Assembly (NCBI GenBank): GCA_025757685.1
Contig: CP107220.1
Span: 830,124 to 894,123, forward strand
Direction of reading: 5' to 3'
Length of the DNA: 64,000 nt
Source: Oscillospiraceae bacterium
GTDB taxonomy: Bacteria > Bacillota > Clostridia > Oscillospirales > Acutalibacteraceae
The notes under the pieces were generated by a model. The model was not told where the DNA came from and ran no database searches. It was given only the letters and a program-made list of their open reading frames with translations. The number at the start of each line of letters is the position of its first letter. The first letter of the stretch is position 1. Positions 28,118 through 34,763 of this stretch are shown here, one piece after another. Made by a program: the position numbers and the translations under genes.

Positions 28118-29266
28118 GTGTCAGCAGTGAAACAGAAAGTAACCCCTTTCCTCTCCGTCCTGCTGGCACTTTCTTTTCTTATGCCTGCCGCTCTGTTTGC
28201 AAAGCCGATAGAAGCCCAGGCGGCACAATTTACTGCTAGTCCTACTTATGTCCGTGTAAGTGATGATAACGCATATAATAGTAAAACTTCGACTTGGACT
28301 TTTGGTGGGGACGGTAATAATAATAATCCTATTCCTGTTACGGATATTACATGGGGACGTCAACAAAACTGCGCTATGGTATCTACGATTGCGTTTTGTG
28401 GCACGACTTCTAAAAAGGTAGATGCGGGCGATACTATTAATGTTAAAGCCCAAATTTCCCTTTATGATTATGATGATGCTGGGTACAATATGTACTTTTG
28501 TATTTTCAATTCTGCGGGTAAACAGCTGATTACTCCGCGGCTGATGGATAAGTCCGGGTCTCGTAACTTCAAGCTATCTGTGAAGATTGCTAATGATGTT
28601 GAAGGGTATTTTGGCTTTATATCTGGAAAACTGACTTATGATTCATCAAGTGGAAGTTCTCATGTATTTACTGCTCGTATTATTAATTGGAATGTAGAAT
28701 GTGAGCCTGGTGAAGTAGGCTTTTGGAACGCAGTAAAAGAAGCCCTTACCAATGTGCTTACTTGGCTTAAAGAAATTCGTGATAAGATTGTAAATGGTTT
28801 TAATGATCTTGGTAAATTGATTTCTAATCAGTTTTCCAATCTTGTTAAAAATGTACAGTCTATGATTGATAGTGTCAATAAGTGGCTGTCAGACACCTTG
28901 GATAATATCAAGCAGTTTATGTCCAATGTAGGCAAGTGGTTTACAAACCTTGGTAATTCTATATCCGGCTTTTTTGAAAAGCTGTGGAATAGGATATGGT
29001 GGGGTAATGAGAACGGAGAGAGTGAGTATGTAAAGCCGACGATCAGCAATAAGTTGCTTGATATTCTCGCCACTCTCCAGGATTACCAAGAGAAGCTAAA
29101 ATCTACTATTGACACTATCGGCTCCGCTGCCAGTGATGTAGCAAACTATATCTCTGCTGGTACTTCCTTTGTCAATGGTGTTGTGGGTGTAACCGGTGCC
29201 GGATTTACTGCACTCATTGTCTTTGGTATCGTCTTTGTCCTGGTGCGAAAGGTGGTAGGTCGGTGA
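28118..29266 (+). CDS. Secreted, C-terminally anchored phage protein (pIII-like adsorption/minor coat candidate)
   Basis: Signal peptide ending AQA, an N-terminal domain, repeated amphipathic helices, and the C-terminal TM GFTALIVFGIVFVLVRKVVGR. Confidence 0.55.
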   Translation: MSAVKQKVTPFLSVLLALSFLMPAALFAKPIEAQAAQFTASPTYVRVSDDNAYNSKTSTWTFGGDGNNNNPIPVTDITWGRQQNCAMVSTIAFCGTTSKKVDAGDTINVKAQISLYDYDDAGYNMYFCIFNSAGKQLITPRLMDKSGSRNFKLSVKIANDVEGYFGFISGKLTYDSSSGSSHVFTARIINWNVECEPGEVGFWNAVKEALTNVLTWLKEIRDKIVNGFNDLGKLISNQFSNLVKNVQSMIDSVNKWLSDTLDNIKQFMSNVGKWFTNLGNSISGFFEKLWNRIWWGNENGESEYVKPTISNKLLDILATLQDYQEKLKSTIDTIGSAASDVANYISAGTSFVNGVVGVTGAGFTALIVFGIVFVLVRKVVGR

Positions 29267-29493
29267 AGTACATTATTGATTATATTATCGTCTTTACGGA
29301 CTGGCTTATTACCGCCATTAAAGATATTTTACTGCTCTTGTGGAACGTAATATTGATCGTGGTGGAAGCAGGGAAGTTTTTAATCTCCGTAGTTACTTCA
29401 CTTCCCGCTTTGGTTACTGTGCCTGCTGTGGCTTTGGTCGTTGCTTGTGTTCTGTATAAAGTCCTCGGTCGAGAGGGGGGAGAAGCAAGCTAA
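29263..29493 (+). CDS. Two-TM small phage membrane protein (pVI-like candidate)
   Basis: GTGA overlap with the upstream gene. 76 aa with two hydrophobic helices. Confidence 0.55.
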   Translation: MKYIIDYIIVFTDWLITAIKDILLLLWNVILIVVEAGKFLISVVTSLPALVTVPAVALVVACVLYKVLGREGGEAS

Positions 29494-29636
29494 TGGAAGA
29501 TCTTGCAAGCCTGTTTGGTCAAGGCTTTTCTATACTGTGGAATGCAAAACTTCTTGGTATGCCTATTATGTTTTGGTTTGTTCTTGTAGCCATATTTGGT
29601 ATTATCGGTAGTTTTTTGAAAGGTAAGAAAGAATGA
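29493..29636 (+). CDS. 47-aa coat-like single-TM protein
   Basis: Not in the ORF track. TAATG overlap upstream and ATGA overlap downstream. The peptide is MEDLASLFGQGFSILWNAKLLGMPIMFWFVLVAIFGIIGSFLKGKKE. Confidence 0.55.
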   Translation: MEDLASLFGQGFSILWNAKLLGMPIMFWFVLVAIFGIIGSFLKGKKE

Positions 29637-30157
29637 AAAAGAAGTTAGTTTTTATCGTATCTCTGCTGCTTGCACTGTCTATACCGTCAGTAGCCTATGC
29701 AGAGGAATACGGAAATACATATCCGGCTTATGTGCCGGTGTCGGGAGGTGCGTATATTGAGGTTCAGTGTGCCCTTGGGCGTGGGACGCTTGTCTTTGCG
29801 CGTGAGTACAAAGACGGTTATTTTGGCTTTTACGGCAGTGGCTATAGCCCTGCTAATATATCGCGTAGTACCATCAATGGCACCTACTATACGGCAGCTG
29901 GTGCAAAATATAATGCAAGGGTAAATGCAATGGGTGAAGCCCAGTATTATCGTGAGACAAGTACACGGTATGAATGGACAAACCTTAATGTCTCTAAAAT
30001 CTATAATACTAATGTGAAGTTTGAGGACTTTAAAGATGATCGTGCTAATATCATTGATTTGTTTTCTTATGATCCTGTTACTTATCTCTGGCTGGCTTGT
30101 ACTGTCGTTATAATCCTGCTGCTGATGTATATTGCTTGGAGGAGTTCTTGTGATTGA
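29633..30157 (+). CDS. Secreted, C-terminally anchored phage protein
   Basis: Signal peptide ending VAYA, Tyr/Gly-rich ectodomain, C-terminal TM. Confidence 0.55.
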   Translation: MKKKLVFIVSLLLALSIPSVAYAEEYGNTYPAYVPVSGGAYIEVQCALGRGTLVFAREYKDGYFGFYGSGYSPANISRSTINGTYYTAAGAKYNARVNAMGEAQYYRETSTRYEWTNLNVSKIYNTNVKFEDFKDDRANIIDLFSYDPVTYLWLACTVVIILLLMYIAWRSSCD

Positions 30158-30299
30158 GTATTTTACTAAATTGATAGGGGAGTGTCCCAGCTATCTTTAT
30201 GGCGTGGTGTATGTACTCTCTTTCTTCTTGGTCGTTTTTGGCCTGTATGTCATATTGACATTGATAAAAGTGTTTTTCAGTCCTTTTTTTAAGGGTTAG
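30150..30299 (+). CDS. 49-aa single-TM phage protein
   Basis: Not in the ORF track. The GTG start lies 5 nt after GGAGGAG and overlaps the upstream stop. Confidence 0.5.
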   Translation: MIEYFTKLIGECPSYLYGVVYVLSFFLVVFGLYVILTLIKVFFSPFFKG

Positions 30300-30313
30300 T
30301 GAGGTGATAATAT

Positions 30314-30499
30314 ATGCCCTTGTCTGTGATTGCTATGGAAGTAACTTCCGCTGCTGACGCTATTACGGAGTTTACTTCTGTTTTTACCAAAGCCTGGACT
30401 TTTTTGACCGGAAATTGGTACTTTCTCGCTTTAATTTGCGTGCCCTTGGGTGCTTTGCTTCTTTCTACAATTCTGGGCTTTATTCGGAGTAGAACCTAA
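30314..30499 (+). CDS. 61-aa coat-like protein (paralogue family with 31382 and 31689)
   Basis: GAGGTGA RBS. It starts MP, has an amphipathic N-terminus and one TM helix, and ends in the basic tail IRSRT. Confidence 0.6.
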   Translation: MPLSVIAMEVTSAADAITEFTSVFTKAWTFLTGNWYFLALICVPLGALLLSTILGFIRSRT

Positions 30500-30669
30500 T
30501 GGTTGCCGAATGTTTTAACAAAGCCATTGAATTTATAACAATAACAGCTGAAGCTTGGTTTTCTCTTGTTATTGATGAGTGGCCGTTGTTCCCTTGGTTC
30601 CTGCTTGGCTTTGCTGGGTTCTTGCTTTTGGTGGTACTTCGTTTCGTACTCCGAAAGGTGTATAGATAA
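30499..30669 (+). CDS. 56-aa coat-like single-TM protein
   Basis: Not in the ORF track. TAATG overlaps at both ends, with the basic tail LRFVLRKVYR. Confidence 0.5.
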   Translation: MVAECFNKAIEFITITAEAWFSLVIDEWPLFPWFLLGFAGFLLLVVLRFVLRKVYR

Positions 30670-31340
30670 TGTTATATAACACATTTGATGATACTATTAT
30701 GGAGCCTATCGGCTGGCTGTTTGAAGTGCTTAGTGGTGTGCTATATTTGCCGTTCCAATTCAATGAAGATACGATAATTGCCGGACTGATCGTCATTACA
30801 CCGATCGCAGCCGGTGCCTTGTGTTTGATCATTGATTGGGTCTTTGATGTCCGGGATGAGTTCAGTAACTTCCACCGCTTGGAAGATTATACTTCTTCAT
30901 TTCGGCAGCACTTCCAGCGCTATGGCCGACCTCGGCAGAGTAGGGTAGACCTCAAAGCATTAAAGGAATACCAAGACTATAAGCATAATCAAGCTATGGA
31001 GTTGCAAGAAAAGAAGCACGCATATACTCATGACTATCTGCAACAGCAGATGGCGCATACAAAAATCAAAAACGCTATGCAAACGGAGCAGTCTACGCGC
31101 TTCTCCCAAAACATAGATAAGTTGAAAAACTATCAAGAATACAAGTTTGGTAAACAGCAGGAAGCACTAAATTTCTTCCAGTCGGTGGCTGCTCAGTATC
31201 AAAATCATAGTAGTTCTCCGGCTGCGCTTCACGGCGGTTCTGCTTTGCCTGCCGTTCCTGCTTCGTACAAACCGAAAAGGGTCAATGGCGCTCCTGTTCC
31301 TCCCGGTAACCACCCTGAGTTGGATATTGAGGTGGATTGA
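30669..31340 (+). CDS. Phage membrane protein with a Gln/Lys-rich cytoplasmic or extracellular domain
   Basis: 223 aa with N-terminal TM helices and then a polar Q/K/Y-rich region. I recognise no motif. Confidence 0.5.
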   Translation: MLYNTFDDTIMEPIGWLFEVLSGVLYLPFQFNEDTIIAGLIVITPIAAGALCLIIDWVFDVRDEFSNFHRLEDYTSSFRQHFQRYGRPRQSRVDLKALKEYQDYKHNQAMELQEKKHAYTHDYLQQQMAHTKIKNAMQTEQSTRFSQNIDKLKNYQEYKFGKQQEALNFFQSVAAQYQNHSSSPAALHGGSALPAVPASYKPKRVNGAPVPPGNHPELDIEVD

Positions 31341-31381
31341 GCACATGACATACAGAGACTATAAAGAAAGGAGAAAATGCA

Positions 31382-31624
31382 ATGCCTGTTATTCTTGCTG
31401 ATACTGGTGCCGCAGGTGGCGTGAGTCTTGCTACTCTTGATACGCTGATCACTGGCATTAAATCGGCTATTGCTTGGATCTTTAGCTTGTTTGCTCGGAT
31501 CGTTAGCACGATCTCTACAAACGATTTGCTGCTGTATCCTGTGCTGCTGTGTATGGTGATTGCAGCTGTTACGCTTGCAATCCGCATTGTTCGTAAGTTT
31601 GGTATGAAGTCCCGCCGGTCTTAA
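31382..31624 (+). CDS. 80-aa major-coat-like protein, copy 1
   Basis: AAAGGAG RBS. The central VSTISTNDLLLYPVLL segment is followed by a TM helix and the basic tail RKFGMKSRRS. Confidence 0.6.
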   Translation: MPVILADTGAAGGVSLATLDTLITGIKSAIAWIFSLFARIVSTISTNDLLLYPVLLCMVIAAVTLAIRIVRKFGMKSRRS

Positions 31625-31688
31625 CCCGTGAGGGCGGCTTGTCCGCCTCCGGGTTGGACCGTATCAGTATTTAGAAAGGAGTTAATAT

Positions 31689-31931
31689 ATGCCTGTTTCT
31701 GCTGCATTGACCGCAGCGATTACTACAAGTGACATTTTCAGCAGTATGACTACTGTCTTTGAGCTGCTGATGGATCAGTTTACCACGACTGTATCTACGA
31801 TCACAAGTAATCCTTTGCTGTTCGTGCCTGTCCTCTGCGGATTTGGCGGTGGCCTAATTATGGCCGGCGTTAAAGTCGTTCGTAAGCTGGGCGTGCGCGG
31901 TATGGGCGGTCGGCGCCGCCGCCGCGGTTAA
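31689..31931 (+). CDS. 80-aa major-coat-like protein, copy 2
   Basis: AAGGAG RBS. VSTITSNPLLFVPVL is followed by a TM helix and the tail RKLGVRGMGGRRRRRG. It is a paralogue of 31382-31624. Confidence 0.6.
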   Translation: MPVSAALTAAITTSDIFSSMTTVFELLMDQFTTTVSTITSNPLLFVPVLCGFGGGLIMAGVKVVRKLGVRGMGGRRRRRG

Positions 31932-31941
31932 ATCTTAAATA

Positions 31942-31972
31942 TAGGCGTGGTAGGGGCACGCCTTATTTTTTT
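31942..31972 (+). terminator. Intrinsic terminator directly after the coat-like genes
   Basis: AGGCGTG-gtagggg-CACGCCT followed by TATTTTTTTT. Confidence 0.7.
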
Positions 31973-31987
31973 TGGAGTGATTAACTT

Positions 31988-32143
31988 ATGGAATTTATTA
32001 AAACGCTGTTTCAGCTGTTCAATTACCTTTTTCAATCCGCTTTTGTATTTTCCCCTTTTATACTTCTTTTTACTTCCTTGGGTGTGCTTCTCGTCCTTTC
32101 TGCGGCTCTACAATCATTTTTTAGGGGGTACTACAAGAAGTGA
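31988..32143 (+). CDS. 51-aa single-TM protein overlapping the pI-like gene start
   Basis: Not in the ORF track as such. A GGAGTGA RBS lies 8 nt upstream. The peptide is MEFIKTLFQLFNYLFQSAFVFSPFILLFTSLGVLLVLSAALQSFFRGYYKK. Its stop overlaps the GTG at 32140. Confidence 0.5.
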   Translation: MEFIKTLFQLFNYLFQSAFVFSPFILLFTSLGVLLVLSAALQSFFRGYYKK

Positions 32144-32847
32144 ATTTGTTTAATAAGAAAATCGCCAAACATAGCTTAGAGCCTTATTGTGTGATCGTTA
32201 CAGGCGATAGGGGAGTAGGTAAGTCTACTTTGTTCGCTCTTATTGTAGAAGCAGCTAAGAAAGAGGGCTTGGATGTATTCTGTCAATTCCCTTATAAAGA
32301 TTGTTACCAAATCCCACTTACATATATCACTAAGAAAGGCTATACCTACTTGGATATAGATAAACAGTGGCTATACTCTCACGACTTTAACCACTGTGTA
32401 CTCTTAATTGATGAAGCTAAAACCGTTTGGCCTGCTCGTGGCTATGCTGATTGGACAATGCAAGATGAACAGTTCTTTAACTTCCTCCGTAAAAATGATA
32501 TTCATTTATTCGCTGCTACACAAGCGTATGATGGTCTTGACCTTAATGTAAAGCGTGCTGCTGATGAAGTGTGGTATCTCACCCAGTTCTTTTGGCATTT
32601 TACACATATCGAATCAAGCCATACAACACTCTGTAAGGTCGCAGATAAACAAACCGAGGTGCAAGGCCGTATGTTTAAAAAAGGTATGAGAAAAGTAGCC
32701 TGGGATGTCTGTGAAGTACCTTTGAAAAACTTCTTGTTTTGGCGTAAGAGTTATTATGGTAGCTTCATTTCCAACTTTGTATTTGGAGAAAAGCCAAAGC
32801 CGCAGCTGGAAAGCTGGAACGATACGCCAGTGTTCAAATCTCTTTAA
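32140..32847 (+). CDS. pI/Zot-like phage morphogenesis ATPase
   Basis: Walker A is VTGDRGVGKST and Walker B is VLLIDEAKTVW. This block and FFNFLRKNDIHLFAATQ align by eye with the Ff pI segments VTGKLGAGKT, LLVLDECGTWF and IIDWFLHARKLGWDIIFLVQ. Confidence 0.7.
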   Translation: MNLFNKKIAKHSLEPYCVIVTGDRGVGKSTLFALIVEAAKKEGLDVFCQFPYKDCYQIPLTYITKKGYTYLDIDKQWLYSHDFNHCVLLIDEAKTVWPARGYADWTMQDEQFFNFLRKNDIHLFAATQAYDGLDLNVKRAADEVWYLTQFFWHFTHIESSHTTLCKVADKQTEVQGRMFKKGMRKVAWDVCEVPLKNFLFWRKSYYGSFISNFVFGEKPKPQLESWNDTPVFKSL

Positions 32848-32849
32848 GT

Positions 32850-32883
32850 CTTATAATATAGTAAGATTATACTAGATTATAAG
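32850..32883. other. 34-nt AT-rich imperfect hairpin between the pI-like and rep genes
   Basis: CTTATAAT-a-TAGTA-agatta-TACTA-g-ATTATAAG. Confidence 0.5.
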
Positions 32884-32943
32884 ATGTCTATTTTATTTCT
32901 CTTGTCTATTGCTCAAATAAGAACCAAATAGGGGGTGTTTTTT

Positions 32944-33699
32944 ATGGAGCGGAAGGTACCTAAACGCAGGATAGAAAAGATAGTTATAAGCGGTAATGTG
33001 ATAGAATATTACAGGTATCAGAAGCCCCTAAATGTAGAACCGCGTGAGCATGATATAGAAAAGAATAGAGAGACCTCGGAGGGAAAAAGAGATCGGAATT
33101 TATACCGTGCCCGTGCTGATCTACGCCGGGCGATATGGTGCAATACAACAGATTATACTAAGTTTGTGACACTTACATATAAAGATACAGTTTTAGATCA
33201 AGATCAAGTTTTATATGATTGGAAGCAATTTATTAAAAATTTAAGACGAAAAGGATATAAAGTCCCTTATGTTTACATTACGGAGCACCAAAAGAAAAGG
33301 GGACTAAAAGAAGGCAATGAAGGGTGCTTGCATATTCACGCTGTGCTTTTCACAGATGACTTTATCAGCGCTGATGTGATTAACGCCTGCTGGGGTAAAG
33401 GTCGTACAGAGATTAAAGCACTTCGGTCAATCAAAAACCTTGGCGCTTATGTCTGCAAATATCTAACAAAAGAAGAGTTTGACCTTTACCATAAACATAG
33501 CTACCACTTGTCGCGCGGTTTGAAAAAGCCGGAGGTGCTGACAACTGATGGCTATATAGGTCAGTGGCGTGATATGTACTCGAATATTCACGAAAATACA
33601 AAAGTAATTTATAGCAACGCAACGGAATTTGTTTACGCCGGAGCAGATGGCAGTATTCAATCAAATACCATTCTTTATGAGCAGGGTATATTTAAGTAG
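32944..33699 (+). CDS. HUH-superfamily rolling-circle replication initiator
   Basis: Motif 1 is FVTLTY, motif 2 is CLHIHAVLF (HUH) and motif 3 is GAYVCKYLTKE (catalytic Tyr). An AGGGGG RBS precedes the ATG at 32944. Confidence 0.7.
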   Translation: MERKVPKRRIEKIVISGNVIEYYRYQKPLNVEPREHDIEKNRETSEGKRDRNLYRARADLRRAIWCNTTDYTKFVTLTYKDTVLDQDQVLYDWKQFIKNLRRKGYKVPYVYITEHQKKRGLKEGNEGCLHIHAVLFTDDFISADVINACWGKGRTEIKALRSIKNLGAYVCKYLTKEEFDLYHKHSYHLSRGLKKPEVLTTDGYIGQWRDMYSNIHENTKVIYSNATEFVYAGADGSIQSNTILYEQGIFK

Positions 33700-33701
33700 G
33701 G

Positions 33702-33730
33702 TTGACTATAGGTGAAAATAATGCTATAAT
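33702..33730 (+). promoter_or_regulatory. Near-consensus promoter spanning the phage end and the repeat, reading toward the xer gene
   Basis: TTGACT (33702-33707), a 17-nt spacer ending in TGc, then TATAAT (33725-33730). Confidence 0.5.
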
Positions 33731-33747
33731 TATACAAAATTAATATT
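33722..33747. repeat. Right 26-bp direct repeat (attR core)
   Basis: Identical to 26725-26750. Confidence 0.9.
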
Positions 33748-33756
33748 TTGTATAAT
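33729..33756. other. dif-like 28-bp recombination-site candidate
   Basis: ATTATACAAAA-TTAATA-TTTTGTATAAT, with perfectly inverted 11-bp arms around a 6-bp centre, 17 bp upstream of the recombinase start. Confidence 0.5.
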
Positions 33757-33773
33757 TCAGGGGAGTTGATACA

Positions 33774-34763
33774 GTGAAAAAAGCGGAATTTGGGCAATTA
33801 CCCATGCCCGTACAGGACTATCTGTTGTATTTGGAGGCCATCAAAGGTCATAGCGAATTATCGGTGATCGAATATGCGTCGGATTTGCGCACCTTCTTTC
33901 GCTACCTTGCCAAGGAAAAAAATCTGTATCCGCCTGACACGCCGGACGATCAAATGGATCTACGACAAATCAATATGGACTTTATCAAGACCATTACACT
34001 GAGCGACGCCTACCAGTTCTTAATCTACTGCAAGAACCAACGCGGCAACGCGGAAGCCACCCGTGCGCGGCGTGTGATCGCCATACGGCGCTTTTTTATC
34101 TATTTAACGGACAACCGGCACTTGCTGGAGGAAAATCCAATGAAAGTGCTGGACGCGCCGAAAACAAAAAAAGCCCTTCCAAAGTACATGACCTTGGAAG
34201 AAGCACGCCATTTATTATCCGTTGTAGACGGCAAACACAAAGAGCGGGATTACGCCATTTTGACCTTACTTCTGAACTGCGGTATGCGACTGAGCGAGTT
34301 GGTGTCCATTGATTATAATGATATAAAATCAAACGATACATTGGTGATCACCGGTAAAGGCAACAAGGAGCGCACCGTGTACTTAAACGATGCTTGCAAA
34401 ACCGCCGTTACGGCCTATATGCGGGTGCGGCCGCACGACGGTGTAAAGGACAAAGCTTTATTTCTAAGCAGCCGCAACCAGCGGATCAGCCCCAAGACGG
34501 TACAACACATGGTGTACGCTTATTTGGACAAGGCCGGGCTGGGCGATCGAGGCTTGTCCGTGCATAAGCTGCGCCATACGGCAGCCACACTGATGTACCA
34601 AAATGGACATGTGGATCTGCTGCTGCTTAAAGAGATTCTGGGCCATGAAAACCTGGGTACTACGGAAATCTATACCCACATCAGCGACGACGCAGCCAAG
34701 GCCGCCATTGAGGCCAATCCCCTTGCCGATCTTAATGCGCCTAAATCGAGATCACAGAACTGA
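33774..34763 (+). CDS. xerD: XerC/XerD-family site-specific tyrosine recombinase (host-encoded)
   Basis: N-terminal SAM-like domain (YLLYLEAIKGHSELSVIEY). The catalytic residues are GMRLSEL (Arg), HKLRHTAAT (H-x-x-R) and LGHENLGTTEIYTH (His, Tyr). The gene lies outside the prophage repeats, and the spoIIM neighbour matches Bacillus ripX. I am less certain of the gene symbol than of the family. Confidence 0.8.
   Translation: MKKAEFGQLPMPVQDYLLYLEAIKGHSELSVIEYASDLRTFFRYLAKEKNLYPPDTPDDQMDLRQINMDFIKTITLSDAYQFLIYCKNQRGNAEATRARRVIAIRRFFIYLTDNRHLLEENPMKVLDAPKTKKALPKYMTLEEARHLLSVVDGKHKERDYAILTLLLNCGMRLSELVSIDYNDIKSNDTLVITGKGNKERTVYLNDACKTAVTAYMRVRPHDGVKDKALFLSSRNQRISPKTVQHMVYAYLDKAGLGDRGLSVHKLRHTAATLMYQNGHVDLLLLKEILGHENLGTTEIYTHISDDAAKAAIEANPLADLNAPKSRSQN

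Larger units (their letters stand above)
26725..33747. mobile_element. Inovirus-like (filamentous phage) prophage, about 7.0 kb, without an integrase
   Basis: AT-rich block bounded by a perfect 26-bp direct repeat. It carries a pI/Zot-like ATPase, an HUH Rep, many small single-TM coat-like ORFs, translational coupling and an XRE repressor. It has no capsid, tail or lysis genes. Confidence 0.75.

Noticed and set aside
31947-32153. 68-aa tracked ORF between the coat-like genes and the pI-like gene.
   Set aside because: It starts inside the terminator hairpin at 31942-31962 and has no RBS. The alternative frame at 31988-32143 has a GGAGTGA RBS, a coat-like TM architecture and a GTGA overlap with the next gene.
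33774-34763. The tyrosine recombinase read as the prophage's own integrase.
   Set aside because: It lies outside both direct repeats, has host-like GC content, has a XerC/D-type N-terminal domain, and is followed by spoIIM as xerD is in Bacillus. Phage ownership cannot be fully excluded without comparative genomes.
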